Source of the DNA: Sulfurovaceae bacterium
GTDB lineage: Bacteria > Campylobacterota > Campylobacteria > Campylobacterales > Sulfurovaceae
Length of the DNA stretch: 64,000 nt
Direction: 5' to 3'
Assembly (NCBI GenBank): GCA_016744315.1
Contig: JADGER010000001.1
Span: 353-64,352, forward strand
Shown here: positions 37,908 to 47,848 of the stretch, one piece after another
Layout of the letters: each line of letters begins with the position of its first letter
How positions within the stretch are numbered: the first letter of the stretch is position 1
The notes under the pieces: generated by a model
Databases searched by the model: none
What the model saw: only the letters and a program-made list of their open reading frames with translations
Told to the model about the DNA's origin: nothing
Position numbers and translations under genes: made by a program

Positions 37908-38702
37908 TTACCAATTTAAAAATAATGACACAATAAAGAAGAGTAATGCTACCAAAACAATAGCTGCACCAGAAGAGAGACCTAGATAAAAAGAGATTAA
38001 AAGTCCCATAATAACAGAAACCAAAGAAAAAAGTGTTGCCATAGCTAAACTTTTTAGAAAATTCTCTTTGTAAAGCAGTGCGGTTGAGATTGGTAAAACC
38101 ATTAAAGCCCCTATCAGTAATATTCCGACAATTCTCATAGCTAATGCTACAGTGATAGCACTCAATACCACAAGCATAAGATTAAGTCCAAAGACTTCAA
38201 TTCCACTAGCTTTTGCTGTCTCTTCGTCAAGAGTTACAAAAAGCAATTTTCTATAACTTCCCAAAAGAAGTAATAAGCCAAAAATAGTAAAGCCCACAGT
38301 AATTATCATCTCTTCATTACTTACAGCAGTAATTGATCCAAATAGATATGCAAAAAGTGAAGCATTAAATCCATCGGATAGATTAATAAGTATTATCGCT
38401 AAAGCTAAAGCTCCTGATAAAAAAATGGATAAAATAGCATCCGAATAGAGCTGTTTTTTGTAACGAAGATACTCAATAGCCACCCCTGCTATAGCAGCAA
38501 CTATAATAGGAATATAAATGGGAGAAGTATGTGTTACTAATCCAATTCCCACACCAAGAAGAGCAATATGAGAAAGAGCATCAGGAAGCATAGCATAGCG
38601 TTTAAGTACTATAAAACTCCCAAGTACCGCCGTTAAAATAGAGAGTGAAATACCCACAATAAATGCCCGTTGCATAAATTCATATTCAAAAATTTCAAAC
38701 AT
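37908..38702 (-). CDS. znuB: Zinc/manganese ABC transporter permease (ABC-3 family)
   Basis: 264 aa and about 8 TM, in operon context with znuC and znuA. Confidence 0.85.
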   Translation of the reverse strand: MFEIFEYEFMQRAFIVGISLSILTAVLGSFIVLKRYAMLPDALSHIALLGVGIGLVTHTSPIYIPIIVAAIAGVAIEYLRYKKQLYSDAILSIFLSGALALAIILINLSDGFNASLFAYLFGSITAVSNEEMIITVGFTIFGLLLLLGSYRKLLFVTLDEETAKASGIEVFGLNLMLVVLSAITVALAMRIVGILLIGALMVLPISTALLYKENFLKSLAMATLFSLVSVIMGLLISFYLGLSSGAAIVLVALLFFIVSLFLNW

Positions 38703-38714
38703 AATAAATCCTCT

Positions 38715-39473
38715 TTAACATGCATGACTACTACAATGATGCCCAACAACATGGCTTTTGATACCATAAAGTTCTGAAGCACTTTCACAATTTAGCATCT
38801 CTTGAGCTGTTCCAGAAAAAACAAGCTTTTGGTTGATAGATAAAACATAAGTTACATCATCAGCTATAACCCCTAAATCATGGGTAATAAAAATAATAGT
38901 CAATTTATGATCTATATTTAGACTTTTTAGAAATTGATAAAATTTTTGTTGAGAAACTATATCTACACCTGTACTTGGTTCATCTAATATCAAAATCTCT
39001 GGACTACTTACTAAGGCTCTTGCTATCATAACTCGTTGTCTTTGTCCACCAGAAAGTTGTGATAGGTTTTTGTCTTTAAGGTGCGTAATAGAGGCTTTTT
39101 GTAGTGCCATCTCTATCATCTCTTTGTCTTCAGATGATAAAAAAGAGAACCAAGGTTTTTTACCAGCTAGACCCAAGGCAACTGTTTCATATACGCTTAA
39201 GGGAAAATTACTATCAAATAAAGAAACATTTTGAGGCACATATCCAACTTTATAACACTTTTTAAAACGCTTTTTTAGACTGCCTAAAATCTTAATTTTC
39301 CCACTATTTGGAGTGATTAATCCTAAAAGTACTTTAACAAGTGTGGTTTTCCCTCCACCATTGGGACCAACTAATGCAACATATTCACCCTGAGCAATAT
39401 CAAAAGAAATATCAGAAAGTATCTTCTGTTCTCCTACTTGATAATTTAAATCTTGAACGCTAATTACTGGCAT
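38715..39473 (-). CDS. znuC: Zinc ABC transporter ATP-binding protein
   Basis: Walker A GPNGGGKTT, signature LSGGQRQR, Walker B ILILDEP, and a His/Cys-rich tail HVVGHHCSSHAC. Confidence 0.88.
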   Translation of the reverse strand: MPVISVQDLNYQVGEQKILSDISFDIAQGEYVALVGPNGGGKTTLVKVLLGLITPNSGKIKILGSLKKRFKKCYKVGYVPQNVSLFDSNFPLSVYETVALGLAGKKPWFSFLSSEDKEMIEMALQKASITHLKDKNLSQLSGGQRQRVMIARALVSSPEILILDEPSTGVDIVSQQKFYQFLKSLNIDHKLTIIFITHDLGVIADDVTYVLSINQKLVFSGTAQEMLNCESASELYGIKSHVVGHHCSSHAC

Positions 39474-40414
39474 TCAAGACCTTTTTGCAGTTGAGTAAGG
39501 TTGTGATAAAAAAGTTCTATCATATCTTTTCCTTCTCGTTCATCATCAAGAGAGATATTTCCCAAAGTATACAAAGGCAGAAGTTCTAAGTTCTGATCTG
39601 TAGCAAGCTGTGTAGCACTCTTGCTAGAAACAAGTGGATCATAAAAGAGGATACTTATATTATGATCTTCAATACTGTGATGTAATGTAGCAATCTTGCC
39701 TGCATTTGGTTTGGAATGAGCAAAAACTCCCATAATACTTTGAGAATGAAAGTTATATTTTTTTTGCATATAGGCAAAGGCATCATGCCCTACAAGAATT
39801 GTATCTTTTTTACAAGTACCTAACTTCTCTTGGTAGAGTGCTTGTAGTTTTTTAAATTTATCATCTAAGTTATTCGCATTTTTGCTAAATGCTTCTTTAT
39901 ATTGTGGGTAGAGTTCTATAAGCTTTTGGCTAATAATAGCAATCATTTTACGATTATTATCAAAATCTAGCCATACATGAGGATCGATACCTATATCATG
40001 GTCACATGCTTCACCTTTGGCATGTGCATGATGGTCCGAATCATCCTCGTTATGTGTAATAAGATTTAGACTATGTGCCAAAGAGAGAGATGTAATTTTT
40101 GTTGCTTCAACCATCTTCACACTCCAAGGCTCTAGCTTTTGACCTAGTGTTATAAGTATATCAGCCTTTACCAACTCTACCATATCTTTAGGAGTAGGAG
40201 AAAAAGAGTGTATTTCACTTCCTGGTTTAATCAGCCTTTGTACTGTAATATGCTCTTTTGCAATCTCTTTAGTGATGAAATAAAGAGGATAAATAGTTGT
40301 AACAACTATCTCTTTTTGAGCTTTTGTCTGTAAACTTTTGTTATTGTTATTTAAAAACAATATGAGCGTTAAAAGTAATAAAATTGAGAGTATTAGAAGT
40401 AGAGCTTTTTTCAT
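39464..40414 (-). CDS. znuA: Periplasmic zinc-binding protein (cluster A-I/TroA fold) with a His/Asp-rich loop
   Basis: Signal peptide and the loop HNEDDSDHHAHAKGEACDHDIGIDPH, typical of ZnuA. Confidence 0.85.
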   Translation of the reverse strand: MKKALLLILSILLLLTLILFLNNNNKSLQTKAQKEIVVTTIYPLYFITKEIAKEHITVQRLIKPGSEIHSFSPTPKDMVELVKADILITLGQKLEPWSVKMVEATKITSLSLAHSLNLITHNEDDSDHHAHAKGEACDHDIGIDPHVWLDFDNNRKMIAIISQKLIELYPQYKEAFSKNANNLDDKFKKLQALYQEKLGTCKKDTILVGHDAFAYMQKKYNFHSQSIMGVFAHSKPNAGKIATLHHSIEDHNISILFYDPLVSSKSATQLATDQNLELLPLYTLGNISLDDEREGKDMIELFYHNLTQLQKGLECQ

Positions 40415-40433
40415 TTATATCCTTAATATATGT

Positions 40434-41000
40434 TTATTTTATAATCTCTATAGAAGTATTAGCTTTTCCATATTTTAATACTAAACTATAAAGTTTTTTT
40501 GCATTCTTGGGATCGAGTCTTACACAACCATGTGAAGCTTTTTTACCTAAACGCCTAATAGCTTTTGTTCCATGGATAGCATATCCACCATTAAAAAATA
40601 TAGAATATGGCATTGGTGAGTTATGATATTTCCTTGAATAGTGCATTTTGACAAGATAGAGAGGTTTATATTTACCTAGTGGTGTTCTATAGCCTCGTCG
40701 TGCTGTAGATACCTTCCAGTTATAAATTAACTTATCCCCATGGAAAACTTCCATTCTCTGTTGAGATAAATTAATTTTTGCAGTAATACGCTTCTCTCTT
40801 GCTTTTTTAAGAGCTAACTCTTTTTCTTCTTTTTCTTTTTTTAGTATTCTACTCTTTTCTTGTAATAAGATAGAGATTAATAGCTCTTCATCCTTATCAA
40901 TCTTTATAAATTGATCTTTTAACATGGTAGCTTGAGAAATTTTTACAAAAAAGAGAATAAAAAATAGTATTGATACTAATAATTTTTGAATTACAAACAC
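40434..41000 (-). CDS. L,D-transpeptidase (YkuD domain)
   Basis: Catalytic block YAIHGT..ASHGCVRL, an N-terminal signal/anchor, and a GTG start. It ends 19 nt upstream of znuA. Confidence 0.85.
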   Translation of the reverse strand: MFVIQKLLVSILFFILFFVKISQATMLKDQFIKIDKDEELLISILLQEKSRILKKEKEEKELALKKAREKRITAKINLSQQRMEVFHGDKLIYNWKVSTARRGYRTPLGKYKPLYLVKMHYSRKYHNSPMPYSIFFNGGYAIHGTKAIRRLGKKASHGCVRLDPKNAKKLYSLVLKYGKANTSIEIIK

Positions 41001-41089
41001 TTGCTGACTCTTTTTTAAATAATAGCATAAATATAATTAGATAGTAGGAATAAAATTTTGGTTTGTTAAAATAAAATATTGAAATTAAG

Positions 41090-41166
41090 TGGTAGTAAGA
41101 GGGGGACTCGAACCCCCGACCTCCGGCTTATGAGACCAGCGCTCTAACCAGCTGAGCTACCTTACC
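41090..41166 (-). tRNA. tRNA with CAU anticodon (Met; the lysidine-modified Ile2 alternative cannot be excluded)
   Basis: The 77-nt cloverleaf was read by hand. Acceptor GGUAAGG/UCUUACU with encoded ACCA, D-arm GCUC-AGCUGGUUA-GAGC, anticodon loop CUCAUAA, T-arm GGGGG-UUCGAGU-CCCCC. Confidence 0.88.
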
Positions 41167-41251
41167 ACTTTCTTTGAAGAGACGGAATAATATCAGAATA
41201 TCCTTTTATTGTCAAGTATTTTTCAAATTTTATCTAAATTTTCATTTTAAT

Positions 41252-41260
41252 TGATACAAT
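41252..41260 (+). promoter_or_regulatory. Candidate extended -10 (TGaTACAAT) for groES-groEL
   Basis: TGATACAAT ends 25 nt before the groES ATG, and AAGGAG follows at 41275-41280. No experimental support. Confidence 0.3.
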
Positions 41261-41285
41261 AACAAAAATTTATCAAGGAGATACA

Positions 41286-41552
41286 ATGGGTTTTAAACCA
41301 TTAGCAAATAGAGTATTGATACAAAGAGCCCCTGAGGTTACTACTACTGCTTCAGGTATTATTTTACCAGGAACAGCCAAAGAAAAACCACAACAAGGTC
41401 AAGTAATAGCAGTAGGACCTGATGCACTTGATGAGGGCATCAATGAAGGTGATACAGTTATATTTGGTAAATATGGTGGAACTGAAATTACACTTGATGA
41501 CCAAGAACTTTTAATCTTGACAAGTGATGATATTCTTGGAATTCTTCAATAA
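41286..41552 (+). CDS. groES: Co-chaperonin GroES
   Basis: 88 aa. FKPLANRVLIQR...ASGIILPGTAKEKPQQGQVIAVG. Confidence 0.95.
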   Translation: MGFKPLANRVLIQRAPEVTTTASGIILPGTAKEKPQQGQVIAVGPDALDEGINEGDTVIFGKYGGTEITLDDQELLILTSDDILGILQ

Positions 41553-41601
41553 TATACAAAAAACAATAGATAATAATTATTAAAAAAAGGAAATATATAT
41601 A

Positions 41602-43242
41602 ATGGCTAAAGAAATATTTTATTCTGATGTAGCACGAAATGGACTCTATAGTGGTGTAGAGAAGTTAGCGGACGCAGTAAAAGTAACAATGGGACCTAGA
41701 GGTCGTAATGTACTTATCCAAAAAAGCTATGGTGCTCCACATATTACAAAAGATGGTGTAAGTGTAGCTCGCGAAATAGAGCTACTTGATACACTAGAAA
41801 ATATGGGTGCACAACTTGTAAAAGAAGTTGCAAGTAATACAGCTGAAGAAGCTGGTGATGGTACTACTACAGCTACTGTTCTAGCACACTCTATCTTTAA
41901 AGAAGGTCTTAGAAATATCACTGCTGGAGCGAACCCTATCGAAGTAAAAAGAGGTATGGACAAAGCATCTAACGCTATCATCGAAGAGCTTAAAAAAATG
42001 GCAAAAGATGTAAGCGGTAAAAAAGAGATTGCTCAAATTGCAACTATCTCTGCAAACTCTGATGAAGCTATTGGTAATCTTATTGCTGAAGCTATGGAAA
42101 AAGTGGGTAAAGATGGTGTTATCACTGTTGAAGAGGCAAAAGGTATCGAAGATGCTCTTGAAGTAGTAGAAGGTATGCAGTTTGACCGTGGATATTTGAG
42201 TCCATACTTTGTAACTAATAGCGAAAAAATGACTTGTGAACTAGAAGCTCCTCTACTCCTTATCACAGACCTTAAAATTACTTCACTTAAAGACCTTGTG
42301 CCTATATTAGAACAAATTCAACAATCAGGAAGACCACTTCTTATTATTGCTGATGACCTAGAGGGTGAAGCACTTGCAACTCTTGTTCTTAATAGACTCA
42401 AAGGTGTTCTTAATATTGCAGCTGTAAAAGCTCCTGGTTTTGGTGATAGAAAAAAAGCCATGCTTCAAGATATAGCTATCCTTACAGGTGCAACACTAAT
42501 CACTGAAGAGCTAGGACTTTCACTAGAAAAAGCAACTTTAGCAGACTTAGGTCAAGCATCAAGAGTAGTTATTGACAAAGATAATACTGTTATTGTAGAT
42601 GGCAAAGGTCACCCTGATGCAGTTGTAGCAAGAGTTTCTGAAATCAAAACTCAAGTAGAAACAACAAGCAGTGAATACGACAAAGAAAAACTCCAAGAAA
42701 GACTCGCAAAACTAAGCGGTGGTGTAGCTGTTATCAAAGTTGGTGCAGCAACTGAAACAGAAATGAAAGAGAAAAAAGACCGTGTTGATGATGCACTTTC
42801 TGCGACTAAAGCTGCCGTAGATGAAGGTATTGTTATTGGTGGTGGTGCTGCATTAGTGAAAGCTAGTAAAAAAGTATCTCTTAATCTTAAAAATGATGAA
42901 AAAGTAGGTGCAGAAATTATTATTCGTGCAATTACAGCACCAATGAAACAAATTGCAGCAAATGCAGGTTTTGATGCTGGTGTTGTTGCAGATAAAATTG
43001 CAAATAGTGATGATGAGAATTTAGGATTTAATGCAGCTACTGGTGAATATGTAGATATGATAGAAGCAGGTATTATTGACCCTCTTAAAGTAGGAAGAGT
43101 AGCTCTTCTTAATGCTACTTCAGTGGCAAGTCTATTACTTACTACAGAAGCAACAGTAAGCGATATTAAAGAAGCTCCAACAGCTCCTCTAGCTATGCCA
43201 GATATGAGTGGAATGGGCGGTATGCCTGGAATGGGAATGTAA
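41602..43242 (+). CDS. groEL: Chaperonin GroEL
   Basis: 546 aa. [26 protein letters not shown], with a C-terminal GGM repeat. Confidence 0.98.
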   Translation: MAKEIFYSDVARNGLYSGVEKLADAVKVTMGPRGRNVLIQKSYGAPHITKDGVSVAREIELLDTLENMGAQLVKEVASNTAEEAGDGTTTATVLAHSIFKEGLRNITAGANPIEVKRGMDKASNAIIEELKKMAKDVSGKKEIAQIATISANSDEAIGNLIAEAMEKVGKDGVITVEEAKGIEDALEVVEGMQFDRGYLSPYFVTNSEKMTCELEAPLLLITDLKITSLKDLVPILEQIQQSGRPLLIIADDLEGEALATLVLNRLKGVLNIAAVKAPGFGDRKKAMLQDIAILTGATLITEELGLSLEKATLADLGQASRVVIDKDNTVIVDGKGHPDAVVARVSEIKTQVETTSSEYDKEKLQERLAKLSGGVAVIKVGAATETEMKEKKDRVDDALSATKAAVDEGIVIGGGAALVKASKKVSLNLKNDEKVGAEIIIRAITAPMKQIAANAGFDAGVVADKIANSDDENLGFNAATGEYVDMIEAGIIDPLKVGRVALLNATSVASLLLTTEATVSDIKEAPTAPLAMPDMSGMGGMPGMGM

Positions 43243-43255
43243 TTTCCTCTTCACT

Positions 43256-43291
43256 AGAACAAACCACATTTATGGGTTTGTTCTATTTTTT
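43256..43291 (+). terminator. Rho-independent terminator after groEL
   Basis: AGAACAAACC-loop-GGTTTGTTCT followed by ATTTTTT. It sits between convergent genes. Confidence 0.7.
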
Positions 43292-43298
43292 ACTCCAT

Positions 43299-44591
43299 CT
43301 AAGACTCTTTGAGTGCATCTGCAATCAGCTCTACTGGGTTTTTAAATACCACATCTACTTCTGCTTGTTTGAGTGAGTTACCTATTTGCATTCTACACGC
43401 ACTACACTCCGCACTTACTATAGTTGCCCCTGTATCCTTTATCATGGCTGCCTTTGGTTTGCCCACAGCTTCTGCTAAATGATATTTTTCTGTTTGCATA
43501 GTAACACCACCAAAACCACAACATCTATCAGAATCACTCATTTCTGTAATTGTATAATTTTGAGATAAAAGGTCTCTAGGCTGTTTATGTATACCTTGGA
43601 CTTTTTTAGCATGGCAGGCATCATGATAAGTAATAGTTTCAGAGATAGTTTTACCTTTTTTTGCAAGTCTCTCTTTTAGGTCTGTATTCTCTTCTAACCA
43701 CTCTGTAGCCATAAATATTTTCTTATTGAGTTGTTTTGCACGGTATGCCCAATCTTGCATTTCATGATTTGTTAAAAAAGTCTCCCAATCATGCTTTATC
43801 ATCGCAGAACAGGTAGCCTCAGGGATAATAATTGCTTCTACATCATCAATAAATGTCTCAAAATACTCTATATTCTTTTTTGTAAGTGTCTCTACAGTAT
43901 AAAAATCACCAGTAAAATATGCAGGTGCAGAGCAACAAAGCTGATCTTTGGGAATAAAAGCATCAATATCAAGCTCTTTAAGAATATCAATCAAACTATC
44001 ACCTACAGTTGTATAATTATAATTTGCCAAGCAACCAATAAAAATTGCTACGCGTCTTTTACCACCATGGCTAATCTCTTGGGGATATTTATTAAGAAAA
44101 CTTGTTTTACCCAACGAAGGAAGCAATCGACCACTCTTGATAAGAGGCATTGGAAAGCGAGGAATAATTCCCCCTCGTTTGGTATCATTGCTAAAGCCAC
44201 AGGTACGGAAAGTATAGCCTAGCTTCATCATAACATCCATAAGCCATCGGTGTCTTAGTAGTGTAAAGAAAGCTCTTTTAAACCATGCTATACCAAACTT
44301 ATCGGCTATATCTGCTCTCACCTCTTCTATAACCATATCTGTAGCTAAAGAGTTGGGGCAGACTTCCACACAGGCTGTACACAAAAAGCAACTTTCAAAA
44401 ATATCTTTTGCATTCTTATCAAGATCAAGATCCCCTCTTTGGTATGCTCCAAGTAGGTCAATAAACCCACGGGGCGAAGTAACCTCATCAGGATTGACTT
44501 GATGGATAGTACACACAGGTATACATTTCCCACATTTGATACACTCATCACTCGTTTGACTAAAATTAAAAATATCTTCTGGTTTTTTCAA
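43299..44591 (-). CDS. (Fe-S)-binding oxidoreductase subunit, GlcF/GlpC-like (two ferredoxin-type clusters plus two CCG domains)
   Basis: CIKCGKCIPVCT and CFLCTACVEVCP at the N-terminus. Cys-rich CCG-type repeats (..LCCSAP.., ..CCGFGG..) in the C-terminal half. Confidence 0.75.
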   Translation of the reverse strand: MKKPEDIFNFSQTSDECIKCGKCIPVCTIHQVNPDEVTSPRGFIDLLGAYQRGDLDLDKNAKDIFESCFLCTACVEVCPNSLATDMVIEEVRADIADKFGIAWFKRAFFTLLRHRWLMDVMMKLGYTFRTCGFSNDTKRGGIIPRFPMPLIKSGRLLPSLGKTSFLNKYPQEISHGGKRRVAIFIGCLANYNYTTVGDSLIDILKELDIDAFIPKDQLCCSAPAYFTGDFYTVETLTKKNIEYFETFIDDVEAIIIPEATCSAMIKHDWETFLTNHEMQDWAYRAKQLNKKIFMATEWLEENTDLKERLAKKGKTISETITYHDACHAKKVQGIHKQPRDLLSQNYTITEMSDSDRCCGFGGVTMQTEKYHLAEAVGKPKAAMIKDTGATIVSAECSACRMQIGNSLKQAEVDVVFKNPVELIADALKES

Positions 44592-44739
44592 AGTCTATTC
44601 CTTGGTCTGTTTCGTAAATGTGATTATATCGTTTTGTTTTGAAAGAAAGTTTTTGAACCTAATATCTAAAAAAGTATATTCATATAACATTCATATATCA
44701 ATGTTATATTTCCTTATAAAAACCATAAAAGGGAATATT

Positions 44740-45912
44740 ATGAATAAGTTTATTTCAAGTTTAACCGCAGTTAGTTTTCTCATTGTGAGTTCGTTATATG
44801 CAGAAAAAGCAGATAGTGAAAATCTTACAAAGCTTTATATTGCTTCTTTTGATAGAGCTCCTGATAGTGCAGGATTAGAGTACTGGCTCACCCAATTAAA
44901 TCTTTCATTAGAAGATATTGCTACAAGCTTTTTTGAGCAAGAAGAGATGCAAGAGAAGTATCCTCTAGAGTCTAGTAATAGTGAGTATGTGAATGCAGTT
45001 TATAATAATCTCTTTCAACACTCTCCTGATGCAGGGGGAGAGAGCTATTGGGTTAAAGAGTTAGATGAAAGCTCTATCTCTTTATCAGAGTTTACATTGG
45101 CTGTTGTCAATGGGGCGATAGGTGATGATGCTACTATCTTGGATAATAAAACAACCGTTGGATTAGAATTTGTTGCATCTGGTTCTAACAATATAGAGAT
45201 GTCAAAAAATATTATGCGTAATATTACAGCAAACCCTCAAACCCTAGAAAGTGTTTTAACACAAATTGAAAATATAGATGTTAATAGTACTTATTATCAA
45301 GCAAACGCATCACTTACACTTGATAGTTATCCTAAAGATGAATTGAGTGAAGATCAAAAATACTCTTTAGCATATATGTGGCATGAAGAAAAATTAGCAA
45401 AAGAGATATACTTGGAATTAAATAAAGTATATCCCTCAAATCAACTTGAAAAAATTGCAAATAATTCAGAAGTAAAACATATAGAGCTTGTGGAAAATCT
45501 TGTAGAGTTCTATGATATAAACATTACTAATATAGCCGATTATGAGATTAATTATTCTGCTAGTGAACTTGAAAATATGGCTGTTGGAAAGTTTGCTATA
45601 CCAGAGATAGAGAGTCTTTATAATCTACTCTACGACAAAGGTATAGCGTCACAACAAGCATCGTATGAGGTTGGTTGTATGGTAGAAGTAACAGATATTG
45701 ATGATTTGGATAAATTTTTAGCCTCATCAGGAACAAATCAAGCCCTTATAGATACTTTTACTATTTTAAGAGATGGTAGCTACGAACACTACTGGGCATT
45801 TGATGCAGGTTTAAAGAGTTTAGGTGTAGTAGATGGATGTTGCTCTTTGAGTAGTGAGTATTGTCACCTAGAGTATCCTCAGTCAGATAAAGGAAACAAA
45901 GGAAAGAGATAA
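44740..45912 (+). CDS. Secreted protein with an N-terminal DUF4214-like region and a C-terminal DUF2202 (ferritin-like) region
   Basis: ATG at 44740 after AAAGGGA. Signal peptide MNKFISSLTAVSFLIVSSLYA. LYIASFDRAPDSAGLEYW is DUF4214-like, and YSLAYMWHEEKLAKEIY..VKHIELVENL is DUF2202-like. Confidence 0.6.
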   Translation: MNKFISSLTAVSFLIVSSLYAEKADSENLTKLYIASFDRAPDSAGLEYWLTQLNLSLEDIATSFFEQEEMQEKYPLESSNSEYVNAVYNNLFQHSPDAGGESYWVKELDESSISLSEFTLAVVNGAIGDDATILDNKTTVGLEFVASGSNNIEMSKNIMRNITANPQTLESVLTQIENIDVNSTYYQANASLTLDSYPKDELSEDQKYSLAYMWHEEKLAKEIYLELNKVYPSNQLEKIANNSEVKHIELVENLVEFYDINITNIADYEINYSASELENMAVGKFAIPEIESLYNLLYDKGIASQQASYEVGCMVEVTDIDDLDKFLASSGTNQALIDTFTILRDGSYEHYWAFDAGLKSLGVVDGCCSLSSEYCHLEYPQSDKGNKGKR

Positions 45913-45934
45913 TCCCATCTTGTGGTGGGATTTT
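45911..45934 (+). terminator. Hairpin AATCCCA-loop-TGGGATT followed by TTT
   Basis: Read directly. It overlaps the stop codon of the preceding gene. The stem is short, so the call is tentative. Confidence 0.4.
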
Positions 45935-45958
45935 CCCACCCTAGAAAAAATGGATTTT

Positions 45959-46807
45959 TTAGAAGCTAAACCCAACTCCTACATAAATAAAATCACTTGT
46001 CATTTCTGTAGTTACAAGAGACATAACATCAGGTAAGATAACGCCAGCTACTTTCATCTCTATATCATCAATATCCCAATGTTTATAAGCATATCCCCCT
46101 TTGATATAGAAGTTTCCTTGATCTGCCATAACCTCTGATGGGTAATACTTTATACCTATATCAAAAGAGTTATATGTACCAGATACATCAAAATCTCCAT
46201 CTATCAAATCATTACTCATCTCACCTGTTTGTGTAGCATATACAGTAGTACCATACACAGAAAGATTTGGAGTAAGACTATATGCCCCTTGCAAACTAAT
46301 ACCAAACTTATAAGTCTCAACATCTGTACTTGTCTCTTCTAGTATAGTATCTATAAAATCTATAGCATCCATATAGTTATGCATCTCCATAAAAGGTGTA
46401 GAGATACCAGTCATTACACCTATACCCAAATACCCTCTCTCATCTTGAATAATATCATATCCAATACCAATATCAAAATCAACACCACTTACCTCAAAAC
46501 TACTAGGAAAAGGTGTAATACTAGCAGGAGAAAATGGTAATACATCCATTATTCCATCAGCTACATCAGTAACTTGATCTAGCGTATCAGAACTATGAAT
46601 ATCAATATTACCAAAATAATACCAAGGAGAATTTGGAAAATTTTGATGCTGTTCACTAATACTTACTACTTTATCATCCAAAGTAACAGAAGAGTCCATT
46701 ATCCCAGCAAAGTTAGCACTCCACTCAAAGTCACCTTGACCATATCTCAAATCTAGTGCATTAGCCCCACTTACCAATAACGCTAATGGTAAAATATACT
46801 TTTTCAT
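45959..46807 (-). CDS. Putative outer-membrane beta-barrel protein
   Basis: Signal peptide MKKYILPLALLVSGANA, alternating-hydrophobicity strands and a C-terminal ..YVGVGFSF ending in Phe. Confidence 0.5.
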   Translation of the reverse strand: MKKYILPLALLVSGANALDLRYGQGDFEWSANFAGIMDSSVTLDDKVVSISEQHQNFPNSPWYYFGNIDIHSSDTLDQVTDVADGIMDVLPFSPASITPFPSSFEVSGVDFDIGIGYDIIQDERGYLGIGVMTGISTPFMEMHNYMDAIDFIDTILEETSTDVETYKFGISLQGAYSLTPNLSVYGTTVYATQTGEMSNDLIDGDFDVSGTYNSFDIGIKYYPSEVMADQGNFYIKGGYAYKHWDIDDIEMKVAGVILPDVMSLVTTEMTSDFIYVGVGFSF

Positions 46808-46880
46808 TTACACCCTTTATAATAAATTTTTCTTATAATGATTATACTTAATTAATATTAAATTCTTTCCAACAAAGATA

Positions 46881-47840
46881 CTATTGCATATCCAAAAACT
46901 CTCCCAATGCTTTACTACTCACTACACTTCCTTTATCATTAAGGTGTGATCTATCTGCAAAATATTTGTCTTGTAGGTGGAGTTTACTATGAAGATCTAT
47001 AAATTTACCAGCATTTTTTGTCATAATATTTTTTGTTCTTTTAGCAAATTTCAGCATTGTGGGAGCTACATGAGGGAATGAATCTATAAGTGGTTGGCGG
47101 TAAGGTTGGATAGCAAAAATAAAATCTATATTCGAGTTTTTGGCTTTTTGACTCATTCTATCAAGTGCATCAAATGTTCGATTATTTTGTTTTTTGGAGT
47201 GTGGTTTTTGCCATCGTGAAACTATAATATCATCACCATAAATATTCAAAGGGACACTGCCTGTAGCATCAAATCCTAGATAAGTAAATTGGTTATTTTG
47301 TTGATATTTATCTTTCCAATTCCACGCTCTCTTCATACAAAAAAAGATATTTTGACAAGACTTAAAATAAAAAGTGAGTTTTTCTTTACTAGATAACGAA
47401 CCATTAAGATAAGAACTAATAAATGTAGCATTATAATCTTTGAGTTTTCCTTCATAAGCAAAATCTGAGTACTGTGCTGAGTAAATAATTCGTTTAAGAT
47501 TTGGGAATGTGGAAGTAAGTTGGAGTATCTGCTCTATTTGTAGTGGTGTTGCTTCGTAGACAGAGAGGTTTAAAACACTTGTAGCTTTTGTAGAGCTTTT
47601 TTGAAGTATTTCTCCTTGGACATTATTAAGTCCTATCGAAGAGCCTACTATGATAGTATCAACACTATTAATATCAATATGCTCTTGTATAAAAGTAATC
47701 TTGGCATCAAGTGAGATACGGTTAGTGATAGGTATAGGATAGTGTTTGATAAAATAATAACTATACACAACTGCCATAAACATAAGTGTAATAAGTATAA
47801 AAAATAGTATCTTTAGATAGTTTTTGGAATCAAGTGTCAT
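46881..47840 (-). CDS. Membrane-anchored SGNH-like partner of the MBOAT (DltD/AlgJ/PatB-type O-acyl transfer protein)
   Basis: N-terminal TM, VGSSIG (block I-like) and C-terminal DRSHLNDKG (DxxH). It lies 8 nt downstream of the MBOAT gene. Confidence 0.5.
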   Translation of the reverse strand: MTLDSKNYLKILFFILITLMFMAVVYSYYFIKHYPIPITNRISLDAKITFIQEHIDINSVDTIIVGSSIGLNNVQGEILQKSSTKATSVLNLSVYEATPLQIEQILQLTSTFPNLKRIIYSAQYSDFAYEGKLKDYNATFISSYLNGSLSSKEKLTFYFKSCQNIFFCMKRAWNWKDKYQQNNQFTYLGFDATGSVPLNIYGDDIIVSRWQKPHSKKQNNRTFDALDRMSQKAKNSNIDFIFAIQPYRQPLIDSFPHVAPTMLKFAKRTKNIMTKNAGKFIDLHSKLHLQDKYFADRSHLNDKGSVVSSKALGEFLDMQ

Positions 47841-47848
47841 TGATAATC

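Noticed and set aside
41001-41166. tRNA(CAU) as a possible integration site for a genomic island
   Set aside because: Both flanks are core genes (ldt-znuABC on one side, groESL on the other). I found no direct repeat of the tRNA 3' end and no adjacent integrase.
41167-41285. Looked for a CIRCE (TTAGCACTC-N9-GAGTGCTAA) or HAIR-type heat-shock operator upstream of groES
   Set aside because: No match or convincing inverted repeat is visible in the 120 bp upstream. Only a possible extended -10 was noted.
44602-44739. 46-codon upstream extension of the DUF4214/DUF2202 protein ORF
   Set aside because: The extension is Phe/Ile-rich with no RBS. MNKFISSLTAV.. at 44740 is a clean signal peptide preceded by AAAGGGA.
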